In this document: positions 24,101-39,800 of the stretch, piece by piece | Layout: every line of letters begins with the position of its first letter | Position numbering within the stretch: position 1 is the stretch's first letter | DNA from: the human T2T-CHM13v2.0 reference genome, Homo sapiens | DNA: 64,000 nucleotides | Assembly (NCBI RefSeq): GCF_009914755.1 | Contig: NC_060925.1 | Strand: one strand, 5' to 3' | Notes under the pieces: generated by a model | Told to the model about the DNA's origin: nothing | Seen by the model: the letters and a program-made list of their open reading frames with translations, nothing else | Database searches by the model: none | Translations under genes and position numbers: made by a program

Positions 24101-27100
24101 AAGGAATCATCATCAAATGGAACCGAATGGAATCCTCATTGAATGGAAATGAAAGGGGTCATCATCTAATGGAATCGCATGGAATCATCATCAAATGGAA
24201 TCGAATGGAATCATCATCAAATGGAATCTAATGGAATCATTGAAAAGAATTGAATGGAATAGTCATCGAATGAATTGAATGCAATCATCGAATGGTCTCG
24301 AATGGAATCATCTTCTAATGGAAAGGAATGGAATCATCGCATAGAATCGAATGGAATTATCATCGAATGGAATCGAATGATATCAACGCCAAACGGAAAA
24401 TAACGGAATTATCGAATGGAATCGAAGAGAATCTTCGAACGGACCCGAATGGAATCATCGAATGGAATGGAATGGAATAATCCATGGACTCGAATGCAAT
24501 CATCATCGAATGGAATCGAATGGAATCATCGAATGGACTCGAATGGAATAATCATTGAACGGACTCGATTGGAATCATCATCGGATGGAAACGAATGGAA
24601 TCATCATCGAATGGAAATGAAAGGAGTCATCATCTAATGGAATTGCATGGAATCATCATAAAATGGAATCGAACGGAATCAACATCAAATGGAATCAAAT
24701 GGAATCATTGAACGGAATTGAATGGAATCGTCATCGAATGAATTGACTGCAATCATCCAATGGTCTCGAATGGAATCATCTTCAAATGGAATGGAATGGA
24801 ATCATCGCATAGAATCGAATGGAATTATCATCGAATGGAATCGAATGGAATCAACATCCAACGGAAAAAAACGGAATTATCGAATGGAATCGAAGAGAAT
24901 CCTCGAATGGACCCGAATGGAATCATGTAATGGAATGGAATGGAATAATCCATGGACTCGAATGCAATCATCATCGAATGGAATCGAATGGAATCATCGA
25001 ATGGACTCGAATGGAATAATCATTGAACGGAATCGAATGGAATCATCATCGGATGGAAATGAATGGAATCATCATCGAATGGAATCGAATAGAATTATGG
25101 AATGAAATCCAGTGTGATCATCATCGAATGGACCCGAATGGAATCATCATCCAACGGAAGCTAATGGAATCAACATCGAATGAATCAAATGGAAACACCA
25201 TCGAATTGAAACGAATGGAATTATCATGAAATTGAAATGGATGGACTCATCATCGAATGGATTAATGGAATCATCGAATAAAATTGATTGAAATCATCAT
25301 CGAATGGAATCGAATGGTATCATTGAATGGAATCGAATGGAATCATCATCAGATGGAAATGAATGGAATCGTCATAGAATGGAATCGAATGGATTCATTG
25401 AATGGAATCAGATGGAATCATCGAATGGACTGGAATGGAATCATTGAATGGACTCGAAAGGGATCATTATTGAATGGAATTGAATGGAATCATCGAATGG
25501 TCTCGATTGGAATCATTATCAAATGGAATCGAATGGAATCACCGAATAGAATCGAATGGAACAATCATCGAATGGACTCAAATGGAATTATCCTCAAATG
25601 GAATCGAATGGAATTATCGAATGCAATCGAATGGAATTATCGAATGCAATCGAATAGAATGATCGAATGGACTCGAATGGAATCATCGAATGGAATGGAA
25701 TGGAACAGTCAATGAACTCGAATGGAATCATCATTGAATGGAATCGAATGGAATCATCGAGTGGAATCGAATGGAATTATGATCAAATGGAATCGAATGT
25801 AATCATCATCAAATGGAATCAAAAATAACCATCATCAATTGGTATTGAATGGAATTGTCATCAAATGGAATTCAAAGGAATCATCATCAAATGGAACCGA
25901 ATGGAATCCTCATTGAATGGAAATGAAAGGGGTCATCATCTAATGGAATCGCATGGAATCATCATCAAATGGAATCGAATGGAATCATCATCAAATGGAA
26001 TCTAATGGAATCATTGAACAGAATTGAATGGAATCGTCATCGAATGAATTGAATGCAATCATCGAATGGTCTCGAATGGAATCATCTTCTAATGGAAAGG
26101 AATGGAATCATCGCATAGAATCGAATGGAATTATCATCGAATGGAATCGAATGGTATCAACACCAAACGGAAAAAAACGGAATTATCAAATGGAATCGAA
26201 GAGAATCTTCGAACGGACCCGAATGGAATCATCTAATGGAATGGAATGGAATAATCCATGGACTCGAATGCAATCATCATCGAATGGAATCGAATGGAAT
26301 CATCGAATGGACTCGAATGGAATAATCATTGAACGGAATCGAATGGAATCATCATCGGATGGAAACGAATGGAATCATCATCGAATGGAAATGAAAGGAG
26401 TCATCATCTAATGGAATTGCATGGAATCATCATAAAATGGAATCGAATGGAATCAACATCATATGGAATCAAATGGAATCATTGAACGGAATTGAATGGA
26501 ATCATCATCGAATGAATTGACTGCAATCACCCAATGGTCTCGAATGGAATCATCTTCAAATGGAATGGAATGGAATCATCGCATAGAATCGAATGGAATT
26601 ATCATCGAATGGAATCGAATGGAATCAACATCAAACGGAAAAAAACGGAATTATCGAATGGAATCGAAGAGAATCATCGAATGGACCCGAATGGAATCAT
26701 CTAATGGAATGGAATGGAATAATCCATGGACTCGAATGCAATCATCATCGAATGGAATCGAATGGAATCATCGAATGGACTCGAATGGAATAATCATTGA
26801 ACGGAATCGAATGGAATCATCATCGGATGGAAATGAATGGAATCATCATCGAATGGAATCGAATAGAATTATGGAATGAAATCCAGTGTGATCATCATCG
26901 AATGGACCCGAATGGAATCATCATCCAACGGAAGCTAATGGAATCAACATCGAATGAATCAAATGGAAACACCATCGAATTGAAACGAATGGAATTATCA
27001 TGAAATTGAAATGGATGGACTCATCATCGAATGGATTCGAATGGAATCATCGAATAAAATTGATTGAAATCATCATCGAATGGAATCGAATGGTATCATT

Positions 27101-27803
27101 GAATGGAATCGAATGGAATCATCATCAGATGGAAATGAATGGAATCGTCATAGAATGGAATCGAATGGATTCTTTGAATGGAATCAGATGGAATCATCGA
27201 ATGGACTGGAATGGAATCATTGAATGGACTCGAAAGGGATCATGATTGAATGGAATTGAATGGAATCATCGAATGGTCTCGATTGGAATCATTATCAAAT
27301 GGAATCGAATGGAATCACCGAATAGAATCGAATGGAACAATCATCGAATGGACTCAAATGGAATTATCCTCCAATGGAATGGAATGGAATTATCGAATGC
27401 AATCGAATGGAATTATCGAATGCAATCGAATAGAATCATCGAATGGACTCGAATGGAATCATCGAATGGAATGGAATGGAACAGTCAATGAACTCGAATG
27501 GAATCATCATTGAATGGAATCGAATGGAATCATCGAGTGGAATCGAATGGAATTATGATCAAATGGAATCGAATGTAATCATCATCAAATGGAATCAAAA
27601 ATAACCATCATCAATTGGTATTGAATGGAATTGTCATCAAATGGAATTCAAAGGAATCATCATCAAATGGAACCGAATGGAATCCTCATTGAATGGAAAT
27701 GAAAGGGGTCATCATCTAATGGAATCGCATGGAATCATCATCAAATGGAATCGAATGGAATCATCATCAAATGGAATCTAATGGAATCATTGAACAGAAT
27801 TGA

Positions 27804-30800
27804 ATGGAATCGTCATCGAATGAATTGAATGCAATCATCGAATGGTCTCGAATGGATTCATCTTCTAATGGAAAGGAATGGAATCATCGCATAGAATCGA
27901 ATGGAATTATCATCGAATGGAATCGAATGGTATCAACACCAAACGGAAAAAAACGGAATTATCGAATGGAATCGAAGAGAATCTTCGAACGGACCCGAAT
28001 GGAATCATCTAATGGAATGGAATGGAATAATCCATGGACTCGAATGCAATCATCATCGAATGGAATCGAATGGAATCATCGAATGGACTCGAATGGAATA
28101 ATCATTGAACGGAATCGATTGGAATCATCATCGGATGGAAACGAATGGAATCATCATCGAATGGAAATGAAAGGAGTCATCATCTAATGGAATTGCATGG
28201 AATCATCATAAAATGGAATCGAATGGAATCAACATCAAATGGAATCAAATGGAATCATTGAACGGAATTGAATGGAATCGTCATCGAATGAATTGACTGC
28301 AATCATCCAATGGTCTCGAATGGAATCATCTTCAAATGGAATGGAATGGAATCATCGCATAGAATCGAATGGAATTATCATCGAATGGAATCGAATGGAA
28401 TCAACATCCAACGGAAAAAAACGGAATTATCGAATGGAATCGAAGAGAATCATCGAATGGACCCGAATGGAATCATGTAATGGAATGGAATGGAATAATC
28501 CATGGACTCGAATGCAATCATCATCGAATGGAATCGAATGGAATCATCGAATGGACTCGAATGGAATAATCATTGAACGGAATCGAATGGAATCATCATC
28601 GGATGGAAATGAATGGAATCATCATCGAATGGAATCGAATAGAATTATGGAATGAAATCCAGTGTGATCATCATCGAATGGACCCGAATGGAATCATCAT
28701 CCAACGGAAGCTAATGGAATCAACATCGAATGAATCAAATGGAAACACCATCGAATTGAAACGAATGGAATTATCATGAAATTGAAATGGATGGACTCAT
28801 CATCGAATGGATTCGAATGGAATCATCGAATAAAATTGATTGAAATCATCATCGAATGGAATCGAATGGTATCATTGAATGGAATCGAATGGAATCATCA
28901 TCAGATGGAAATGAATGGAATCGTCATAGAATGGAATCGAATGGATTCATTGAATGGAATCAGATGGAATCATCGAATGGACTGGAATGGAATCATTGAA
29001 TGGACTCGAAAGGGATCATGATTGAATGGAATTGAATGGAATCATCGAATGGTCTCGATTGGAATCATTATCAAATGGAATCGAATGGAATCACCGAATA
29101 GAATCGAATGGAACAATCATCGAATGGACTCAAATGGAATTATCCTCAAATGGAATCGAATGGAATTATCGAATGCAATCGAATGGAATTATCGAATGCA
29201 ATCGAATAGAATCATCGAATGGACTCGAATGGAATCATCGAATGGAATGGAATGGAACAGTCAATGAACTCGAATGGAATCATCATTGAATGGAATCGAA
29301 TGGAATCATCGAGTGGAATCGAATGGAATTATGATCAAATGGAATCGAATGTAATCATCATCAAATGGAATCAAAAATAACCATCATCAATTGGTATTGA
29401 ATGGAATTGTCATCAAATGGAATTCAAAGGAATCATCATCAAATGGAACCGAATGGAATCCTCATTGAATGGAAATGAAAGGGGTCATCATCTAATGGAA
29501 TCGCATGGAATCATCATAAAATGGAATCGAATGGAATCAACATCAAATGGAATCAAATGGAATCATTGAACGGAATTGAATGGAATCGTCATCGAATGAA
29601 TTGGATGCAATCATCGAATGGTCTCGAATGGAATCTTCTTCAAATGGAATGGAATGGAATCATCGCATAGAATCGAATGGAATTATCATCGAATGGAATC
29701 GAATGGAATCAACATCAAACGGAAAAAAACGGAATTATCGAATGGAACCGAAGAGAATCATCGAATGGACCCGAATGGAATCATCTAATAGAATGGAATG
29801 GAATAATCCATGGACTCGAATGCAATCATCATCGAATGGAATCGAATGGAATCATCGAATGGACTCGAATGGAATAATCATTGAACGGAATCGATTGGAA
29901 TCATCATCGGATGGAAACGAATGGAATCATCATCGAATGGAAATGAAAGGAGTCATCATCTAATGGAATTGCATGGAATCATCATAAAATGGAATCGAAT
30001 GGAATCAACATCAAATGGAATCAAATGGAATCATTGAACGGAATTGAATGGAATCGTCATCGAATGAATTGACTGCAATCATCCAATGGTCTCGAATGGA
30101 ATCATCTTCAAATGGAATGGAATGGAATCATCGCATAGAATCGAATGGAATTATCATCGAATGGAATCGAATGGAATCAACATCAAACGGAAAAAAACGG
30201 AATTATCGAATGGAATCGAAGAGAATCATCGAATGGACCCGAATGGAATCATCTAATGGAATGGAATGGAATAATCCATGGACTCGAATGCAATCATCAT
30301 CGAATGGAATCGAATGGAATCATCGAATGGACTCGAATGGAATAATCATTGAACGGAATCGAATGGAATCATCATCGGATGGAAATGAATGGAATCATCA
30401 TCGAATGGAATCGAATAGAATTATGGAATGAAATCCAGTGTGATCATCATCGAATGGACCCGAATGGAATCATCATCCAACGGAAGCTAATGGAATCAAC
30501 ATCGAATGAATCGAATGGAAACACCATCGAATTGAAACGAATGGAATTATCATGAAATTGAAATGGATGGACTCATCATCGAATGGATTCCAATGGAATC
30601 ATCGAATAAAATTGATTGAAATCATCATCGAATGGAATCGAATGGTATCATTGAATGGAATCGAATGGAATCATCATCAGATGGAAATGAATGGAATCGT
30701 CATAGAATGGAATCGAATGGATTCATTGAATGGAATCAGATGGAATCATCGAATGGACTGGAATGGAATCATTGAATGGACTCGAAAGGGATCATGATTG

Positions 30801-33800
30801 AATGGAATTGAATGGAATCATCGAATGGTCTCGATTGGAATCATTATCAAATGGAATCGAATGGAATCACCGAATAGAATCGAATGGAACAATCATCGAA
30901 TGGACTCAAATGGAATTATCCTCAAATGGAATCGAATGGAATTATCGAATGCAATCGAATGGAATTATCGAATGCAATCGAATAGAATCATCGAATGGAC
31001 TCGAATGGAATCATCGAATGGAATGGAATGGAACAGTCAATGAACTCGAATGGAATCATCATTGAATGGAATCGAATGGAATCATCGAGTGGAATCGAAT
31101 GGAATTATGATCAAATGGAATCGAATGTAATCATCATCAAATGGAATCAAAAATAACCATCATCAATTGGTATTGAATGGAATTGTCATCAAATGGAATT
31201 CAAAGGAATCATCATCAAATGGAACCGAATGGAATCCTCATTGAATGGAAATGAAAGGGGTCATCATCTAATGGAATCGCATGGAATCATCATCAAATGG
31301 AATCGAATGGAATCATCATCAAATGGAATCTAATGGAATCATTGAACAGAATTGAATGGAATCGTCATCGAATGAATTGAATGCAATCATCGAATGGTCT
31401 CGAATGGAATCATCTTCTAATGGAAAGGAATGGAATCATCGCATAGAATCGAATGGAATTATCATCGAATGGAATCGAATGGTATCAACACCAAACGGAA
31501 AAAAACGGAATTATCGAATGGAATCGAAGAGAATCTTCGAACGGACCCGAATGGAATCATCTAATGGAATGGAATGGAATAATCCATGGACTCGAATGCA
31601 ATCATCATCGAATGGAATCGAATGGAATCATCGAATGGACTCGAATGGTATAATCATTGAACGGAATCGAATGGAATCATCATCGGATGGAAACGAATGG
31701 AATCATCATCGAATGGAAATGAAAGGAGTCATCATCTAATGGAATCGCATGGAATCATCATAAAATGGAATCGAATGGAATCAACATCAAATCGAATCAA
31801 ACGGAATCATTGAACGGAATTGAATGGAATCGTCATCGAATGAATTGACTGCAATCATCGAATGGTCTCGAATGGAATCATCTTCAAATGGAATGGAATG
31901 GAATCGTCGCATAGAATCGAATGGAATTATCACCGAATGGAATCGAATGGAATCAACATCAAACGGAAAAAAACGGAATTATCGAATGGAATCGAAGAGA
32001 ATCATCGAATGGACCCGAATGGAATCATCTAATGGAATGGAATGGAATAATCCATGGACTCGAATGCAATCATCATCGAATGGAATCGAATGGAATCATC
32101 GAATGAACTCGAATGGAATCATCATTGAATGGAATCGAATGGAATCATCGAGTGGAATCGAATGGAATTATGATCAAATGGAATCAACTGTAATCATCAT
32201 CAAATGGAATCAAAAATAACCATCATCAATTGGTATTGAATGGAATTGTCATCAAATGGAATTCAAAGGAATCATCATCAAATGGAACCGAATGGAATCC
32301 TCATTGAATGGAAATGAAAGGGGTCATCATCTAATGGAATCGCATGGAATCATCATCAAATGGAATCGAATGGAATCATCATCAAATGGAATCTAATGGA
32401 ATCATTGAACAGAATTGAATGGAATCGTCATCGAATGAATTGAATGCAATCATCGAATGGTCTCGAATGGAATCATCTTCTAATGGAAAGGAATGGAATC
32501 ATCGCATAGAATCGAATGGAATTATCATCGAATGGAATCGAATGGTATAAACACCAAACGGAAAAAAACGGAATTATCGAATGGAATCGAAGAGAATCTT
32601 CGAACGGACCCGAATGGAATCATCTAATGGAATGGAATGGAATAATCCATGGACTCGAATGCAATCATCATCGAATGGAATCGAATGGAATCATCGAATG
32701 GACTCGAATGGAATAATCATTGAACGGAATCGAATGGAATCATCATCGGATGGAAACGAATGGAATCATCATCGAATGGAAATGAAAGGAATCATCATCT
32801 AATGGAATTGCATGGAATCATCATAAAATGGAATCGAATGGAATCAACATCAAATCGAATCAAACGGAATCATTGAACGGAATTGAATGGAATCGTCATC
32901 GAATGAATTGACTGCAATCATCGAATGGTCTCGAATGGAATCATCTTCAAATGGAATGGAATGGAATCATCGCATAGAATCGAATGGAATTATCACCGAA
33001 AGCAATCGAATGGAATCAACATCCAACGGAAAAAAACGGAATTATCGAATGGAATCGAAGAGAATCATCGAATGGACCCGAATGGAATCATCTAATGGAA
33101 TGGAATGGAATAATCCATGGACTCGAATGCAATCATCATCGAATGGAATCGAATGGAATCATCGAATGGACTCGAATGGAATAATCATTGAACGGAATAG
33201 AATGGAATCATCATCGGATGGAAATGAATGGAATCATCATCGAATGGAATCGAATAGAATTATGGAATGAAATCCAGTGTGATCATCATCGAATGGACCC
33301 GAATGGAATCATCATCCAACGGAAGCTAATGGAATCAACATCGAATGAATCAAATGGAAACACCATCGAATTGAAACGAATGGAATTATCATGAAATTGA
33401 AATGGATGGACTCATCATCGAATGGATTCGAAAGGAATCATCGAATAAAATTGATTGAAATCATCATCGAATGGAATCGAATGGTATCATTGAATGGAAT
33501 CGAATGGAATCATCATCAGATGGAAATGAATGGAATCGTCATAGAATGGAATCGAATGGATTCATTGAATGGAATCAGATGGAATCATCGAATGGACTGG
33601 AATGGAATCATTGAATGGACTCGAAAGGGATCATGATTGAATGGAATTGAATGGAATCATCGAATGGTCTCGATTGGAATCATTATCAAATGGAATCGAA
33701 TGGAATCACCGAATAGAATCGAATGGAACAATCATCGAATGGACTCAAATGGAATTATCCTCCAATGGAATCGAATGGAATTATCGAATGCAATCGAATG

Positions 33801-36800
33801 GAATTATCGAATGCAATCGAATAGAATCATCGAATGGACTCGAATGGAATCATCGAATGGAATGGAATGGAACAGTCAATGAACTCGAATGGAATCATCA
33901 TTGAATGGAATCGAATGGAATCATCGAGTAGAATCGAATGGAATTATGATCAAATGGAATCGAATGTAATCATCATCAAATGGAATCAAAAATAACCATC
34001 ATCAATTGGTATTGAATGGAATTGTCATCAAATGGAATTCAAAGGAATCAATATCAAATGGAACCGAATGGAATCCTCATTGAATGGAAATGAAAGGGGT
34101 CATCATCTAATGGAATCGCATGGAATCATCATCAAATGGAATCGAATGGAATCATCATCAAATGGAATCTAATGGAATCATTGAACAGAATTGAATGGAA
34201 TCGTCATCGAATGAATTGAATGCAATCATCGAATGGTCTCGAATGGAATCATCTTCTAATGGAAAGGAATGGAATCATCGCATAGAATCGAATGGAATTA
34301 TCATCGAATGGAATCGAATGGTATCAACACCAAACGGAAAAAAACGGAATTATCGAATGGAATCGAAGAGAATCTTCGAACGGACCCGAATGGAATCATC
34401 TAATGGAATGGAATGGAATAATCCATGGACTCGAATGCAATCATCATCGAATGGAATCGAATGGAATCATCGAATGGACTCGAATGGAATAATCATTGAA
34501 CGGAATCGAATGGAATCATCATCGGATGGAAACGAATGGAATCATCATCGAATGGAAATGAAAGGAGTCATCATCTAATGGAATTGCATGGAATCATCAT
34601 AAAATGGAATCGAATGGAATCAACATCAAATGGAATCAAAAGGAATCATTGAACGGAATTGAATGGAATCGTCATCGAATGAATTGACTGCAATCATCCA
34701 ATGGTCTCGAATGGAATCATCTTCAAATGGAATGGAATGGAATCATCGCATAGAATCGAATGGAATTATCATCGAATGGAATCGAATGGAATCAACATCA
34801 AACGGAAAAAAACGGAATTATCGAATGGAATCGAAGAGAATCATCGAATGGACCCGAATGGAATCATCTAATGGAATGGAATGGAATAATCCATGGACTC
34901 GAATACAATCATCATCGAATGGAATCGAATGGAATCATCGAATGGACTCGAATGGAATAATCATTGAACGGAATCGAATGGAATCATCATCGGATGGAAA
35001 TGAATGGAATCATCATCGAATGGAATCGAATAGAATTATGGAATGAAATCCAGTGTGATCATCATCGAATGGACCCGAATGGAATCATCATCCAACGGAA
35101 GCTAATGGAATCAACATCGAATGAATCGAATGGAAACACCATCGAATTGAAACGAATGGAATTATCATGAAATTGAAATGGATGGACTCATCATCGAATG
35201 GATTCGAATGGAATCATCGAATAAAATTGATTGAAATCATCATCGAATGGAATCGAATGGTATCATTGAATGGAATCGAATGAAATCATCATCAGATGGA
35301 AATGAATGGAATCGTCATAGATTGGAATCGAATGGATTCATTGAATGGAATCAGATGGAATCATCGAATGGACTGGAATGGAATCATTGAATGGACTCGA
35401 AAGGGATCATGATTGAATGGAATTGAATGGAATCATCGAATGGTCTCGATTGCAATCATTATCAAATGGAATCGAATGGAATCACCGAATAGAATCGAAT
35501 GGAACAATCATCGAATGGACTCAAATGGAATTATCCTCAAATGGAATCGAATGGAATTATCGAATGCAATCGAATGGAATTATCGAATGCAATCGAATAG
35601 AATCATCGAATGGACTCGAATGGAATCATCGAATGGAATGGAATGGAACAGTCAATGAACACGAATGGAATCATCATTGAATGGAATCGAATGGAATCAT
35701 CGAGTGGAATCGAATTGAATTATGATCAAATGGAATCGAATGTAATCATCATCAAATGGAATCAAAAATAACCATCATCAATTGCTATTGAATGGAATTG
35801 TCATCAAATGGAATTCAAAGGAATCATCATCAAATGGAACCGAATGGAATCCTCATTGAATGGAAATGAAAGGGGTCATCATCTAATGGAATCGCATGGA
35901 ATCATCATCAAATGGAATCAAATGGAATCATCATCAAATGGAATCTAATGGAATCATTGAACAGAATTGAATGGAATCGTCATCGAATGAATTGAATGCA
36001 ATCATCGAATGGTCTCGAATGGAATCATCTTCTAATGGAAAGGAATGGAATCATCGCATAGAATCGAATGGAATTATCATCGAATGGAATCGAATGGTAT
36101 CAACACCAAACGGAAAAAAACGGAATTATCGAATGGAATCGAAGAGAATCTTCGAACGGACCCGAATGGAATCATCTAATGGAATGGAATGGAATAATCC
36201 ATGGACTCGAATGCAATCATCATCGAATGGAATCGAATGGAATCATCGAATGGACTCGAATGGAATAATCATTGAACGGAATCGAATGGAATCATCATCG
36301 GATGGAAACGAATGGAATCATCATCGAATGGAAATGAAAGGAGTCATCATCTAATGCAATTGCATGGAATCATCATCAAATGGAATCGAATGGAATCAAC
36401 ATCAAATGGAATCTAATGGAATCATTGAACAGAATTGAATGGAATCGTCATCGAATGAATTGACTGCAATCATCGAATGGTCTCGAATGGAATCATCTTC
36501 AAATGGAATGGAATGGAATCATCGCATAGAATCGAATGGAATTATCATCGAATGGAATCGAATGGAATCAACATCAAACGGAAAAAAACGGAATTATCGA
36601 ATGGAATCGAAGAGAATCATCGCATGGACCCGAATGGAATCATCTAATGGAATGGAATGGAATAATCCATGGACTCGAATGCAATCATCATCGAATGGAA
36701 TCGAATGGAATCATCGAGTGGACTCGAATGGAATAATCATTGAACGGAATCGAATGGAATCATCATCGGATGGAAATGAATGGAATCATCATCGAATGGA

Positions 36801-39800
36801 ATCGAATAGAATTATGGAATGAAATCCAGTGTGATCATCATCGAATGGACCCGAATGGAATCATCATCCAACGGAAGCTAATGGAATCAACATCGAATGA
36901 ATCAAATGGAAACACCATCGAATTGAAACGAATGGAATTATCATGAAATTGAAATGGATGGACTCATCATCGAATGGATTCGAATGGAATCATCGAATAA
37001 AATTGATTGAAATCATCATCGAATGGAATCGAATGGTATCATTGAATGGAATCGAATGGAATCATCATCAGATGGAAATGAATGGAATCGTCATAGAATG
37101 GAATCGAATGGATTCATTGAATGGAATCAGATGGAATCATCGAATGGACTGGAATGGAATCATTGAATGGACTCGAAAGGGATCATGATTGAATGGAATT
37201 GAATGGAATCATCGAATGGTCTCGATTGGAATCATTATCAAATGGAATCGAATGGAATCACCGAATAGAATCGAATGGAACAATCATCGAATGGACTCAA
37301 ATGGAATTATCCTCAAATGGAATCGAATGGAATTATCGAATGCAATCGAATGGAATTATCGAATGCAATCGAATAGAATCATCGAATGGACTCGAATGGA
37401 ATCATCGAATGGAATGGAATGGAACAGTCAATGAACTCGAATGGAATCATCATTGAATGGAATCGAATGGAATCATCGAGTGGAATCGAATGGAATTATG
37501 ATCAAATGCAATCGAATGTAATCCTCATCAAATGGAATCAAAAATAACCATCATCAACTGGTATTGAATGGAATTCTCATCAAATGGAATTCAAAGGAAT
37601 CATCATCGAATGGAATCGAATGGAATCATCGAATGGACTCGAATGGAATAATCATTGAACGGAATCGAATGGAATCATCATCGGATGGAAACGAATGGAA
37701 TCATCATCGAATGGAAATGAAAGGAGTCATCATCTAATGGAATTGCATGGAATCATCATAAAATGGAATCGAATGGAATCAACATCAAATCGAATCAAAC
37801 GGAATCATTGAACAGAATTGAATGGAATCGTCATCGAATGAATTGACTGCAATCATCGAATGGTCTCGAATGGAATCATCTTCAAATGGAATGGAATGGA
37901 ATCATCGCATAGAATCGAATGGAATTATCACCGAATGGAATCGAATGGAATCAACATCAAACGGAAAAAAACGGAATTATCGAATGGAATCGAAGAGAAT
38001 CATCGAATGGACCCGAATGGAATCATCTAATGGAATGGAATGGAATAATCCATGGACTCGAATGCAATCATCATCGAATGGAATCGAATGGAATCATCGA
38101 ATGAACTCGAATGGAATCATCATTGAATGGAATCGAATGGAATCATCGAGTGGAATCGAATGGAATTATGATCAAATGGAATCGAATGTAATCATCATCA
38201 AATGGAATCAAAAATAACCATCATCAATTGGTATTGAATGGAATTGTCATCAAATGGAATTCAAAGGAATCATCATCAAATGGAACCGAATGGAATCCTC
38301 ATTGAATGGAAATGAAAGGGGTCATCATCTAATGGAATCGCATGGAATCATCATCAAATGGAATCGAATGGAATCATCATCAAATGGAATCTAATGGAAT
38401 CATTGAACAGAATTGAATGGAATCGTCATCGAATGAATTGAATGCAATCATCGAATGGTCTCGAATGGAATCATCTTCTAATGGAAAGGAATGGAATCAT
38501 CGCATAGAATCGAATGGAATTATCATCGAATGGAATCGAATGGTATCAACACCAAACGGAAAAAAACGGAATTATCGAATGGAATCGAAGAGAATCTTCG
38601 AACGGACCCGAATGGAATCATCTAATGGAATGGAATGGAATAATCCATGGACTCGAATGCAATCATCATCGAATGGAATCGAATGGAATCATCGAATGGA
38701 CTCGAATGGAATAATCATTGAACGGAATCGAATGGAATCATCATCGGATGGAAACGAATGGAATCATCATCGAATGGAAATGAAAGGAGTCATCATCTAA
38801 TGGAATTGCATGGAATCATCATAAAATGGAATCGAATGGAATCAACATCAAATGGAATCAAATGGAATCATTGAACGGAATTGAATGGAATCGTCATCGA
38901 ATGAATTGACTGCAATCATCGAATGGTCTCGAATGGAATCATCTTCAAATGGAATGGAATGGAATCATCGCATAGAATCGAATGGAATTATCATCGAATG
39001 GAATGGAATGGAATCAACATCAAACGGAAAAAAACGGAATTATCGAATGGAATCGAAGAGAATCATCGAATGGACCCGAATGGAATCATCTAATGGAATG
39101 GAATGGAATAATCCATGGACTCGAATGCAATCATCATCCAATGGAATCGAATGGAATCATCGAATGGACTCGAATGGAATAATCATTGAACGGAATCGAA
39201 TGGAATCATCATCGGATGGAAATGAATGGAATCATCATCGAATGGAATCGAATAGAATTATGGAATGAAATCCAGTGTGATCATCATCGAATGGACCCGA
39301 ATGGAATCATCATCCAACGGAAGCTAATGGAATCAACATCGAATGAATCGAATGGAAACACCATCGAATTGAAACGAATGGAATTATCATGAAATTGAAA
39401 TGGATGGACTCATCATCGAATGGATTCGAATGGAATCATCGAATAAAATTGATTGAAATCATCATCGAATGGAATCGAATGGTATCATTGAATGGAATCG
39501 AATGGAATCATCATCAGATGGAAATGAATGGAATCGTCATAGAATGGAATCGAATGGATTCATTGAATGGAATCAGATGGAATCATCGAATGGACTGGAA
39601 TGGAATCATTGAATGGACTTGAAAGGGATCATAATTGAATGGAATTGAATGGAATCATCGAATGGTCTCGATTGGAATCATTATCAAATGGAATCGAATG
39701 GAATCACCGAATAGAATCGAATGGAACAATCATCGAATGGACTCAAATGGAATTATCCTCAAATGGAATCGAATGGAATTATCGAATGCAATCAAATGGA

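Larger units (their letters stand above)
2271..24500 (+). repeat. Diverged, structurally irregular HSat2 sub-domain
   Basis: Irregular spacings (skipped A, 615, 419, 172, 1152, 1307) and many private SNVs. Tail allele ATCATTATTG rather than ATCATGATTG, and mostly TTGAATGCA rather than TTGACTGCA in B. The right boundary is gradual (~24.2-26.5 kb). Confidence 0.8.
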
